Source of the DNA: Longimicrobiales bacterium
Lineage (GTDB): Bacteria > Gemmatimonadota > Gemmatimonadetes > Longimicrobiales > Gaopeijiaceae
Direction: 5' to 3'
DNA: 64,000 nt
Assembly: GCA_965219445.1 (NCBI GenBank)
Contig: CBDCNQ010000003.1
Span: forward strand, 128,001-192,000
Positions within the stretch are counted from its first letter, which is position 1. Each line of letters starts with the position of its first letter. Below the pieces are notes generated by a model that saw only the letters and a program-made list of their open reading frames with translations, was not told where the DNA came from and searched no databases. The position numbers and the translations under genes are program-made. Shown one piece after another: positions 21,165 through 30,499 of the stretch.

Positions 21165-21232
21165 GGTATTCCTCCGAAGTAGCACCTTAATGCTACCGGG
21201 TTTGAGGTTGGGTCAATAGGTGTGTAAATGTT

Positions 21233-22477
21233 TCAGGCGGCGTTTTTCCGCTGTTGGGTTGAGACGGGCTTTCCGTCTTCGAACTTTCTTCCTTCAAATA
21301 CGTCCTTGAGGAGGTGAGGAGCGTCGAGCCTTCTGAAGCGCTTCTCCGCCACCAAGAGCAGCTTCCAGATCAGCGCCGTAGCGCTCTCGACCCGCTTGAA
21401 GCGCTTCGCCGCCGTTGTCCTGAGCCGTACTGCGGCAAAGGGGCTCTCGACCACGTTCGTCGTGCGTAGATGCTTCCAGTGGTCCTCGGGGAAGTCGTAG
21501 AACGCCACCATCCGCTCCCAGTCGTCCTCGAGTACATCCACCGCCTTCGGATACCACGGTCTGTAGCGCCTGGCGAACGCCTCACGGGCCTTCAGCGCCT
21601 CGGACCGCCTCGGTGCGTAGACCACGGTCCTGAGAAGGTCCTTCGCCTCGCTCTGCTCCCGCTGAGGCAGCCGGTCCAGCACGTTCCTCATCTTGTGGTT
21701 CCAGCACCGTTGCTCGCCCGCCTCAGGCCATACCTGCCGTACTGCGCCCCAGATCGCCGCGTTGCCGTCCGCCATCAAAAGCCGGGGCGCCTCGATGCCG
21801 CGTGCCTTCAGATCCCGCAACACCTCGGACCAGGACTCGACCGACTCTCGGTAGCCCGATCTCAGGGCCAACACCTCCTTCGTACCATCTCGCATCGCAC
21901 CGAGAACCACCAGCAGCGCTGCCTTGTCCCGCTCGAGCCCCGCCTTCACGTAGATCCCGTCCGCCCAGACGTAGACGACCTCACGGTCGGCCAGCGAGCG
22001 CTTCGACCATTCCTCGAATTTCCTTGTCCATCCCGCCCGCAGCCGCCAAATCGAAGACTTCGACAACGGGGCCCCCTCGCCCAGCAGGCCCCGCATCGCC
22101 AGCTCGAAGTCTCCCTCCGCCAGCCCGTGCAGATACAGCTCCGGAAGCAGAGCACCCACCTCCTTCGTCCGTCGTGCGAACAACGGCAACACCCGACTCT
22201 CGAACCGCTCCTCAATGCCTCGAACCCGGGGCCGTCGGAGCATGATCGTGCCCGAGCTCATCGCCAGCCGCCGAGCCTTGCCGTAGCCGTTGCGGTAGCC
22301 TGGCGCCGGGTCTACGACCGTCTTCCGCTCCGACTTCTCCCGGCCGAGCAACTCCGTCACTTCCTCCTCCAGAATCCGCTGGACCATCTCCTGGGCCTTC
22401 TCACGAACCAGCGCTTCCAAGCACTCCCACGTCGGCGTGCTGGACTCACTCTCGGGTCCCACCATATTCTTCCTCAC
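21233..22477 (-). CDS. IS256-family (Mutator-like) DDE transposase
   Basis: GYRNGY, YVWADG, LMADG, QRCWNHK, LRTTNVVES; same protein as 35865..37109. Confidence 0.95.
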   Translation of the reverse strand: MRKNMVGPESESSTPTWECLEALVREKAQEMVQRILEEEVTELLGREKSERKTVVDPAPGYRNGYGKARRLAMSSGTIMLRRPRVRGIEERFESRVLPLFARRTKEVGALLPELYLHGLAEGDFELAMRGLLGEGAPLSKSSIWRLRAGWTRKFEEWSKRSLADREVVYVWADGIYVKAGLERDKAALLVVLGAMRDGTKEVLALRSGYRESVESWSEVLRDLKARGIEAPRLLMADGNAAIWGAVRQVWPEAGEQRCWNHKMRNVLDRLPQREQSEAKDLLRTVVYAPRRSEALKAREAFARRYRPWYPKAVDVLEDDWERMVAFYDFPEDHWKHLRTTNVVESPFAAVRLRTTAAKRFKRVESATALIWKLLLVAEKRFRRLDAPHLLKDVFEGRKFEDGKPVSTQQRKNAA

Positions 22478-22573
22478 GAGGCATCGTTCCTTTCCCCCGG
22501 GCGCTCACCCGGGATTCGCTGGTTAACTTCTTACTACCTAGCGGAAAGGTACGTCGCCTCTTTTTTTACACAC

Positions 22574-24167
22574 CCTTCTATGGGGCTGGCGGTCAAGACG
22601 CACCTTCCCCACGCGCCGTCGGCTCATTTTTTGACCGTCGGCGTCCGCATGGTTTGGATTGCCCGGTCGACGACTCAGGGTGGGGAGGGGTGCGCTCGCA
22701 GGGTCCGCATCGCAGTCCGGAAGACGTTCACAGCCGTCGCGTTCTCCGCTCTGGAGCGGGAACCATCCTTCTATCTGGGACTCTGTGGCCCATCGCTTCG
22801 TTCGGCTCTCCAGGGGTGCATAGCCTTTGAGTGGGGGCTTGGGCTCTCTGCCCCGGCCCACGGTGTGTATGGATGCTGTCCCCTGTAACCGGTTCGCTTC
22901 CGTTTCGTCGGACCCCATGTTGTGACCGCTTTCGACCCCACGCTCGCCGATCCCGGCCCGGTTTACTCCGTCGCTTCCAGTCTCTTGGGGTCGTACGCTT
23001 CGCCCGTGCGCCACACCGCTAGCACGATCGAGGCGAGCTGACGCGCGATCGTCAGCTTCGCCAGATTCGGCTTCGTGCCCCCCTCCAGGAGTCGCTCGTA
23101 GTGGCGGTACAAGGGTTCGTTTTCGGCCCGACCGATCACCGTCGTCGCCGCGCCCTTGAACACACGCTTCAGCGTGTGGTTGAAGTTCCGATTCAGCCCC
23201 CGCGTCTGCTGTACCGGTTCCCTTACCCACCGCCCACCCGGACCCCGCACCCAGTCCGACGAGCTCCGCATCACGACGCCCAGTCCGCAGTACGCCCAGA
23301 ACCTGCTCCGGCTCTGGAACCGGTACGGCGTCACCACCACCGGCAGGAGCTCCGCCGTCCGGATCGGACCCAGACCCGGGCACGTCTTCAGCACATGCCA
23401 CTCTCGATGCTTGCGTGCTTCCGCCAGCAAGGCCTTCTCGGCCTTCGCCCTCAATGCCACGAGTGCGTCGTGCTCCTCGTACAGCAACCCGGCCGTCGTC
23501 CTGCTCGCTTCCGGCAGCTTGGCCAACCACTCCTCCCGGTCGCGCTTCAAGTAGACCGAGCGCCCCGCGCCGTAGGCCACTCCTCTCGAGCGCAGCACGC
23601 TCTTGAGCCGGTTCTTCACCCGCACCGTGTCGCCGACCAGGAAGTCGTAGCTCTTCGCCCGTTCCCCCAGCCGCCTGAACTGGCCCCGGTTCTTGTAGAC
23701 CCTCGTCTCCAGTGATCCGATCCGCAGCTTCTCCGCCAGGGCAAACGCGTCCAGCTTGTCGGTCTTCGGGCCCCGGCTCTTGCCGACCCCCGCCACCGTT
23801 AGCTCCTCCACGTGCGGCTCCAGCACCTCGTACAGCCACCCCGACAGCGTCCCTTCTTCCAGGCACAAGTGCCGGTTCCTCGGAATCCCTCGCAGCACCT
23901 CGATCAGCGCCCGCGCGTTCGTCTCCACCACCTGCGAGCCCAAGCGCTTGCCGCTGGGGCCTACAATCCCCAGCGTGCAGCTCGACGCGTGTGCGTCGAG
24001 TCCGATATATCTCTCCATCGGCGTTCTCCTCTTGGATAGGTGGGTTGCTTCCTTGCGCGAACAATGATGAACGCGCACCCGTTCCCGGAGGAGAACGCCT
24101 CTTCGTCTTCGGGCTGCTTCGCTGCTGATCGGTACCGGTAGCGGTCGCCATGCCCCTATGATGCCTT
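22574..24167 (-). mobile_element. IS110-family (IS1111-type) element copy A, core to core
   Basis: AAGG core at both junctions (CCTT at 22574-77 and 24164-67); imperfect sub-terminal IRs; ~390-nt 3' non-coding region. Confidence 0.88.
22963..24018 (-). CDS. IS110-family DEDD recombinase/transposase
   Basis: YIGLD, CLEE, KTDKLDA (DEDD); CPGLGP; FWAYCGL..RSS; AKLTIARQLA. Confidence 0.93.
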   Translation of the reverse strand: MERYIGLDAHASSCTLGIVGPSGKRLGSQVVETNARALIEVLRGIPRNRHLCLEEGTLSGWLYEVLEPHVEELTVAGVGKSRGPKTDKLDAFALAEKLRIGSLETRVYKNRGQFRRLGERAKSYDFLVGDTVRVKNRLKSVLRSRGVAYGAGRSVYLKRDREEWLAKLPEASRTTAGLLYEEHDALVALRAKAEKALLAEARKHREWHVLKTCPGLGPIRTAELLPVVVTPYRFQSRSRFWAYCGLGVVMRSSSDWVRGPGGRWVREPVQQTRGLNRNFNHTLKRVFKGAATTVIGRAENEPLYRHYERLLEGGTKPNLAKLTIARQLASIVLAVWRTGEAYDPKRLEATE

Positions 24168-24179
24168 TGATCCTAGCTC

Positions 24180-25099
24180 GGCACGGCAGCGACTCAACCC
24201 TATCCCCTAGGCGATGCCTTCGTTACTCAAACACTCGATATACCCCCGGAGGGTTATCGGCTCACAAACAATGGCGCCATTTTTACGCCCTTCTGGGAAG
24301 AACCGGTATTGCTACGCCGCAGCGAAGCCAATTGGCCACCTAGCACCGTGGATCCGGGGAAAGGGGTGATGTACATCTGCGCCGGAGAAAGGCAGACCGC
24401 CTACTCCGCTATAGAAGACATCGAGCAACCGGATTCCGGTAACCGTTACACGGCCGGGAGCATGCGGCACGCTCCCCTCATTACCGGAGTTGTGGCTGCT
24501 ATGGACTTGCGCACGAATCGCAGGCTGTGGGCTCAGCGCTGGCCCGGCCGATGTTACAGCGGACTGGTGACGACGGCCGGCGACCTGCTGTTTGCCGGCC
24601 GAAACGACGGCCGCCTTACTGCGATGGATTCCCGTGACGGGACCAAACTGTGGGAATTCATGACCGACGCGGGAGTCAATGCTCCCCCCGCTGTTTTCGA
24701 GCACGACGGCAAGCAATACGTTGCCGTATTTTCTGCGGGTAATCTGCTAGCCCGATCCAATCGTGGCGACAGCATGTGGTTGTTTACATTGCTGGAGGAT
24801 GATCAAGAAGGGGCTGGTGCCCAGGGGCTGGTAAATGCTCCTACTGCCAATCCGGTAGGGCAAAGATTGTTCCAGATACCTGTCAATTTTGCCACGGGGG
24901 CCGTGGCGAGGGAGGCCACAGTGGCATGCCGCTGGAAGGACTGGGAGCATTCAGTACCAGCTATGTGGCGAACATCATTACCAACGGACAGAACAACATG
25001 CCGGCTTTCTCGTCGATGTTTTCCGCTGGGCAGATCAGGGCGGTGGCAGAACATGTAAGAACGTTAAATCCTGATATACCCAATCGGAACAGTCGATAG
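24180..25099 (+). pseudogene. C-terminal half of a quinohemoprotein (PQQ + cytochrome c) alcohol dehydrogenase
   Basis: Begins GTAATQPYPLGD..., continuing 37139..38256; contains GKQYVAV. After a 1-nt frameshift near 24873 it reads DTCQFCHGGRGEGG...NMPAF...* (stop 25099). Confidence 0.87.
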
Positions 25100-25123
25100 C
25101 CCGCCGCGCTTTGCGGCCAAATC

Positions 25124-25202
25124 CCCCTATTTCCAGCGCCCACGAGCGCCCGACTCATATCTGATAAGCGTGAGGTCGGTAGTTCGAGTCTACCCAGGCC
25201 CA
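25124..25202 (+). repeat. att-like site 1: partial arm plus 42-nt 3' portion of tRNA-Ile(GAT)
   Basis: CTGATAAGCGTGAGGTCGGTAGTTCGAGTCTACCCAGGCCCA at 25161-25202, identical to 45107-45148; no tRNA 5' half upstream. Confidence 0.88.
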
Positions 25203-25514
25203 CTTTTTAAGTATTAGCCCCGCCGGCCCTTATGGCCTTCGGGTCTTTGCTGTATCAGAAAAGGTATGAGGGCAATATCACCGGCTGTAGCACGAGGCGG
25301 GTTTTCAGGGCGGCTGTCGTGAGTCCCTGCGTCGTTTTCAGGCGATGTGCCGCGCAAAATAAAGCGCGAGGCGCAGCAGAACGGCGTGAGCCCTTCAGTC
25401 TGGGCTTGCGTGGCTCGTGGATGGCTTATTAGAGTCACGCTGTTGGGATTAGTAGAATCACGCTGTTTGGATTATGTGTCAGGCTTTGTCACTCTTCACG
25501 ACAACGGGGTGATT

Positions 25515-27044
25515 ATGATGAGCACCGCCTATCTGTTGGGGGCTCGGACGCGCTGGATTTCCGTGTTTGTGGGGGTAACTGCAGGCGCTGCCGCGTCGGC
25601 GCTGAGCGCCCAGATGCCTCTGCGCAACGGCAACGTCGTGAACAAGGAACCGTATCTGTTCTCGGCGGAAGACTTCGGCATCGACCCAGACGATGTCACC
25701 TTCACGAAGGATATCGCGCCCATCCTTCAACGGAGCTGCCAGGACTGCCACCACCCCGGGGGCGGAGCGCCCATGTCGCTGATCACCTACGAGGACGTGC
25801 GGTCCTGGGCCCCGATGATCAAGCGTCGGACCGCCATCCGGGACCGGATGGGGGCCATGCCGCCCTGGTTCATCGAGAAGAACATCGGGGTCCAAAGATT
25901 CAAGAACGACCCCTCCCTCAGTAACGAAGAGCTTGCCAAGATCCAGGCATGGGTGGACGGAGGATCTCCCCAGGGTGATCCGGCCGACATGCCGCCGGCG
26001 CGTCAGTTCGCTGAGTTCGGTGAGTGGATGAACGGGGAACCGGACCTGGTGCTGAGGTCGAGGGACGTGACCATGCCTGCTGTGGGGGCCGATTGGTGGG
26101 GAGATATTGGCCTTGTGCCGACGGGGCTCACGGAAGACCGGTATGTCAAGGCCGTTGAGGTCCGGGAGATCAACGACCTCCCCCCGGACGCGGCAGGCGG
26201 CACCGTGGGCGGACGATATATGTGGCACCACATGACGTATGGGGCTGGGGTTTTGAACGAGGATGCAAGCGCTATCCTTCGCGAAACCCGGCAGGGCTTT
26301 CCCATTCATGAGGTTGGGCGCAACGCCGACGTCATGCCGGACGAGGCCGGCCTGCTTTTGGCGGCGAATTCTGCTCTGGATCTCCGGGCGGCCCATCTTC
26401 ACCCAAATGGTGTCCGGGAGACCACAGGGCACCTTGAATTCGGCTTCAAATTCTTCCCGGAAGGATACAAGCCGACTTATGCGCGAACACAAGGGGCGGG
26501 TGCCCGAAACAGCGTTGACGTTGACGCAATCCCGAATCGAAGCGGTCAGGAAATGCGCTCGTGGATCGTGATGGAAGAGCACACCATGATGGTCGCCTTT
26601 GAGCCACACATGCACGCGCCGGGCGTGCGGATGTGCCTAGAGGCGGTCTGGGGTCAAACAAACTATACGATCAACTGTGCGGGCTACGATCACAACTGGG
26701 TGAAGCAGTATTTATACGAGGAGGGTTACGAGCCTTTGCTGCCGAAGGGTACCATTGTCCATCTCGTTGGTTGGCTGGACACCACGCCTGCAAACACGAA
26801 CATTGCGGACCCAAGAAACTTTTCTGGGGCCGGTCGGCGTTCGGTCGCCAACATGTTCAATGATCTTGGCTGGACAGTCAAACTCACCGACGAGCAGTTC
26901 CTGGCCGAGATGGCCAAGCGACGAGAGAGAATGAGGGACAGGAACGACTTCGATATCGGGTGTCCGCTGTGTTGGGGCGTGTGGCAGGAGGATTTCGGCG
27001 ACATGGAGAGCATGCCGACGACGGAAGGAGGCACCCCCCGATGA
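25515..27044 (+). CDS. Secreted cytochrome c + copper type II (PHM/DBH-like) monooxygenase-like protein, paralog 1
   Basis: VTFTKDIAPILQRSCQDCH; HH (WHHM); AHLH; EPHMH; YDHNW; ANMF; C-terminal GCPLC. Confidence 0.75.
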   Translation: MMSTAYLLGARTRWISVFVGVTAGAAASALSAQMPLRNGNVVNKEPYLFSAEDFGIDPDDVTFTKDIAPILQRSCQDCHHPGGGAPMSLITYEDVRSWAPMIKRRTAIRDRMGAMPPWFIEKNIGVQRFKNDPSLSNEELAKIQAWVDGGSPQGDPADMPPARQFAEFGEWMNGEPDLVLRSRDVTMPAVGADWWGDIGLVPTGLTEDRYVKAVEVREINDLPPDAAGGTVGGRYMWHHMTYGAGVLNEDASAILRETRQGFPIHEVGRNADVMPDEAGLLLAANSALDLRAAHLHPNGVRETTGHLEFGFKFFPEGYKPTYARTQGAGARNSVDVDAIPNRSGQEMRSWIVMEEHTMMVAFEPHMHAPGVRMCLEAVWGQTNYTINCAGYDHNWVKQYLYEEGYEPLLPKGTIVHLVGWLDTTPANTNIADPRNFSGAGRRSVANMFNDLGWTVKLTDEQFLAEMAKRRERMRDRNDFDIGCPLCWGVWQEDFGDMESMPTTEGGTPR

Positions 27045-28036
27045 GGATGATTGTTGGAGCTCTCTGGTCTGGACGCCTGTGTCTTGTTGGCTCCTTGTCT
27101 GTCCTGTTGCTGTTCCAGGCAACCGACGCCCAGCAGCAGAGGCCCGAATTCATGTACCTGGGGGGCCAGAGCCTGTTTCCGACGTTCGAGGGATGGTGGC
27201 AGAACGAGGACGGGTCCTTCGAGTTGTTCTTCGGGTACATGAACTACAACTGGGAGCAGGAATTCGACGTCCCGATCGGTCCCGACAATTACCTCGCCTT
27301 CGTGGAGCCGGGGCGGCTCGACGACCTCGAGCGGGAGGCCTACGACCCGGAAGTGGCGGACCAGGGGCAGCCGGCGCACTTCTACCCGCGACGCACTTCC
27401 TTCCAGTTCACCCTTCGCGCGCCCGAAGATCTCGGCGACAGGGAGGTAGTCTGGACTCTCACGGCCAATGGAGAGACACACCGCACGTATGGCTCGCTCG
27501 CCAGCAGTTATTCGATTGACAAGCAGACGATCTCAACCGAAGTCGGAGGGGCCTTTGGCAGCCTCAACTCCGCACTCCGCACCAATATTCCTGCGGAGCT
27601 CGAGGTCCAAGGGGACAAGCATCGGGAGATAAGGGTAGGAGAGCCGCTGAAGCTGGTCGCGTTCGCCAACGATCCCGACAACCTGCCAGGCAGACAAGAG
27701 TTTCGAAGACGTCCACACTCACTGGAAGAGCTGTTTCGGCCCATTCCAGGGACGAACGTTCATAGCGGACCAGGCTTGCGGTTGTCGTGGATAGTCTACC
27801 GAGGTCCCTCATCGCACGTGAGCTTCGATCCCGTGCAGATGAAGACGTGGATGGACACGCGGCTCTACGCGAACTCCCCGTGGTCACCGCCCTTCGTCAT
27901 TCCTGAGCCGCCTTCAGACGGCAGGTGGGTGACTCGAGTGACCTTTGAGGAGCCGGGAGAGTACGTGCTCCGTGCGGTTGCTAGCGACGGCTCCTTGTTC
28001 ACCTACGAGAACCTGATGGTCACCGCGACGCGCTGA
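27041..28036 (+). CDS. Secreted hypothetical protein with C-terminal Ig/PKD-like domain, paralog 1
   Basis: P.FEGW..N.DGS...FGYMN.NWE; GQP.HFYPR; TFEEPGEYVLRAVASDG; ATGA overlap with the upstream gene. Confidence 0.78.
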   Translation: MRMIVGALWSGRLCLVGSLSVLLLFQATDAQQQRPEFMYLGGQSLFPTFEGWWQNEDGSFELFFGYMNYNWEQEFDVPIGPDNYLAFVEPGRLDDLEREAYDPEVADQGQPAHFYPRRTSFQFTLRAPEDLGDREVVWTLTANGETHRTYGSLASSYSIDKQTISTEVGGAFGSLNSALRTNIPAELEVQGDKHREIRVGEPLKLVAFANDPDNLPGRQEFRRRPHSLEELFRPIPGTNVHSGPGLRLSWIVYRGPSSHVSFDPVQMKTWMDTRLYANSPWSPPFVIPEPPSDGRWVTRVTFEEPGEYVLRAVASDGSLFTYENLMVTATR

Positions 28037-28078
28037 TATGACTTGTAGGTCGAGCAAGCGCATTGTGAAGGAGAAGCC

Positions 28079-29584
28079 ATGAGAGGAGAAGCCATGATTG
28101 GTCCCAGCCGCTGGATCGCCGGTCTCGTCGCCCTGGTCGCTGCTGCTGTAGCGCCCGTGGGAGTTGGCGCCCAATCGGCGGCGGTGCCTTCGGACGAAGC
28201 CGAAGTGACCTTCACCGGGGACATCGCTCCCATTCTCCAGGAGAACTGTGTGCGCTGCCACCGGGACGGAGGGGTGGCGCCGATGTCGCTAGAGACATAC
28301 GAGAACGCAAAGCCCTTTTCTCCATTGATCAAGTACCGGACGGGCATTCGGGACCGTGCGGGGGCGATGCCGCCGTTCTACCTCGAGCGGAATATCGGCA
28401 TCCAGGACTACCGGGACGTGCTCGGGTTGAGCGACGAAGAGATCGCCAAGATCGCGACCTGGGTGGACAACGGCGCACCCCAGGGAGATCCGGAGGACAT
28501 GCCGCCGCCTCGGGAATTCGATGACGACGATGGCTGGGCCTTCGAGCCGGACGTGGTGGTGAAGACCAAACCTTTCACCATGGGACCCGATGAGCCCGAC
28601 ATGTTCATCCATATCCCGGGGCCGGAGCCCGGACGTTTGCCCATCCCGATCGAGGAAGATCGGTACGTGGCCGCCGTCCAGGTCAGGGAGGTCAATGACG
28701 TGCCCGTGGACTACCGATCGCCGTCGTCGACGGGCGGGAGATTTATCGCTCACCACCTGACCTATTCCACGGCGGTGCCCGGGGAAGAGCGAGATGGAAT
28801 CGGGACCTGGCCCGTTCACGAACTCGGTCGAAATGCGGACATCTTCCCCCCGAACGAGGGCCGGCTGCTGCGAGCAGGCTCGGAGATCAGGAGCAGCTCG
28901 CTGCATCTCTCTTCGAACGGGAGAGAGACCACAGCTCACCTGGAGATCGCCTACAAGTTCCATCCGAAGGACTACCAGCCCCCGTACGCTTCGCCGATCC
29001 GGGTGAACCGCTACGGTGCGGGCATGGCGCACGATATCGAGGCGGGCAAGGCCGACAACACGTTGACCCGCAGCTGGGTACTCGAGAAGCACACGAAGCT
29101 TCTGTCCTCCGAGGCCCACCTTCATGCGGCCGGATACCGAATGTGCCTGGAGTCGATCTGGGGCAACTTCGAGGAGACCCTCTGGTGTATCGGCTACGAC
29201 CACAACTGGGTCAGGAACTACTGGTATGGAGAGGACGCCGCGCCCCTGCTGCCCAAAGGCACGATCCTGAGAGTCACAGCCGAGCTGAACAACACGGAGG
29301 GTAATGCGAACGTCACCGATCCGAGGAATTGGTCGGGACCGGGCAGCATCACCAGGTCCAACATGTTCCACCTCTTCTCCGTAGAGGTCACGCTCAGCGA
29401 CGAGGAATTCAAGCAGCAGATGGCCGATCGGGTAGAGAACCTCGAGCTGGGGCCCAACGATTGGGTCATCGGCTGTCCGTTGTGCAAGGCTACGATACCG
29501 CCGCCGCCGCCCAAGCCGGCTGGCATGATGGACGCCGACACGGAACGAGTGGCGGGAGCAGCCTCGCAAAAAGAAGTCAGGTAA
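28079..29584 (+). CDS. Secreted cytochrome c + copper type II monooxygenase-like protein, paralog 2
   Basis: CVRCH; AHHL; SLHL; EAHLH; YDHNW; SNMF; GCPLC. Confidence 0.75.
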   Translation: MRGEAMIGPSRWIAGLVALVAAAVAPVGVGAQSAAVPSDEAEVTFTGDIAPILQENCVRCHRDGGVAPMSLETYENAKPFSPLIKYRTGIRDRAGAMPPFYLERNIGIQDYRDVLGLSDEEIAKIATWVDNGAPQGDPEDMPPPREFDDDDGWAFEPDVVVKTKPFTMGPDEPDMFIHIPGPEPGRLPIPIEEDRYVAAVQVREVNDVPVDYRSPSSTGGRFIAHHLTYSTAVPGEERDGIGTWPVHELGRNADIFPPNEGRLLRAGSEIRSSSLHLSSNGRETTAHLEIAYKFHPKDYQPPYASPIRVNRYGAGMAHDIEAGKADNTLTRSWVLEKHTKLLSSEAHLHAAGYRMCLESIWGNFEETLWCIGYDHNWVRNYWYGEDAAPLLPKGTILRVTAELNNTEGNANVTDPRNWSGPGSITRSNMFHLFSVEVTLSDEEFKQQMADRVENLELGPNDWVIGCPLCKATIPPPPPKPAGMMDADTERVAGAASQKEVR

Positions 29585-30499
29585 ATGATGTGGGCTTGGG
29601 TCGTGGCGTTGGCGATTCTGCTGATCCCTCAGGGAGCCGATGGCCAGGACGGGCTCACCTTTTTGAAGGGCCAGACAATCTCACCGGTCTTCGTCGGGTG
29701 GCAGGACAATCCGGATGGCTCCTACAACCTCTGGTTCGGATACATGAACCGGAACTGGGAGGAAATGCCCGAGATCCCGGTGGGACCCGACAACCACTTC
29801 TCGCCCGGGCCGGCCGATCGGGGGCAGCCCACCTATTTCCTTCCGCGCTTCAACCGTTTCGTCTTCAAGGTGCAGGTGCCGCCCGACTTCGGTGATCAGG
29901 AACTCGTGTGGACGCTCCGGGCCCAGGGAGAGGCGTATGGGTCGCTCAACCGGGAATACCATCTGGATCACCGGATGTACCAGGCCCAACGGGGAGTCTA
30001 CGGAGGAGGCGGCTTTCGCGACGGGGCGGATGAGAACACCGCCCCGGATCTCGAGGTGGACGGAGAAGAGGTACGAAGGGTCAAGGTAGGCGAGCCACTG
30101 ACGTTGGTGGCGCACGTCAGCGATGACGGATCTCTGGCCCGCACCGACAATACGTTGCCCGTCACCGAGGATGGAGAGCTGGACCTGGAGAGGGCGTTGG
30201 CACTGAAGCCCACCAGCCACACGATGGGCACCCATTTTGCCCTGACCCTCTCCTGGTGGGTCTACCGGGGCAACGGCAACGCGGTGGCGTTCGATCCCGA
30301 CCAGGTGAAGACGTGGTGGGATACGAGGCCCTTCCAGTCCCGGTGGTCACTGTATTGGGTCCCGCCGGAGGAGCCGGAGGACGGGACTTGGGTGACTCGG
30401 GTCACCTTCCACGAGCCGGGTACCTACGTGCTCCGTAGCCGGGCGGATGACGGAGGCTTGTTTACGGACCACGAATTGACGGTCCACGTGACCCGGTGA
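29585..30499 (+). CDS. Secreted hypothetical protein with Ig/PKD-like domain, paralog 2
   Basis: Same motifs as 27041..28036 (FGYMNRNWE, GQPTYFLPR, TFHEPGTYVLR). Confidence 0.78.
   Translation: MMWAWVVALAILLIPQGADGQDGLTFLKGQTISPVFVGWQDNPDGSYNLWFGYMNRNWEEMPEIPVGPDNHFSPGPADRGQPTYFLPRFNRFVFKVQVPPDFGDQELVWTLRAQGEAYGSLNREYHLDHRMYQAQRGVYGGGGFRDGADENTAPDLEVDGEEVRRVKVGEPLTLVAHVSDDGSLARTDNTLPVTEDGELDLERALALKPTSHTMGTHFALTLSWWVYRGNGNAVAFDPDQVKTWWDTRPFQSRWSLYWVPPEEPEDGTWVTRVTFHEPGTYVLRSRADDGGLFTDHELTVHVTR

Larger units (their letters stand above)
21204..24179 (-). mobile_element. IS256-family element copy A, with an IS110-family element nested in its left terminal IR
   Basis: Ends GAGGTTGGGTCAATAGGTGTGTAAA (21204) and, on the other strand, GAGCTAGGATCAAAGG (24179). 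Inverted near-duplicate of 34158..37138. Confidence 0.92.

Noticed and set aside
21194..21203. TACCGGGTTT vs TACCGGGCTT (34051-60) as a TSD for IS256 copy A
   Set aside because: The second copy is ~100 bp from the element end, inside the kinase HRDIKPGN codons, and in the wrong orientation for the inversion model.
22538..24151. Long alternative-frame ORFs (e.g. 22538..24151, 21470..22888, 15016..17133, 45543..47234)
   Set aside because: They overlap well-supported genes, have low-complexity Arg/Gly/Pro-rich translations typical of high-GC shadow ORFs, and show no family motifs.
25161..25202. Functional tRNA-Ile genes at 25161, 45107 or 53221
   Set aside because: Only the anticodon loop onward (or the anticodon arm) is present; there is no 5' acceptor strand or D-arm. 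Treated as att scars.
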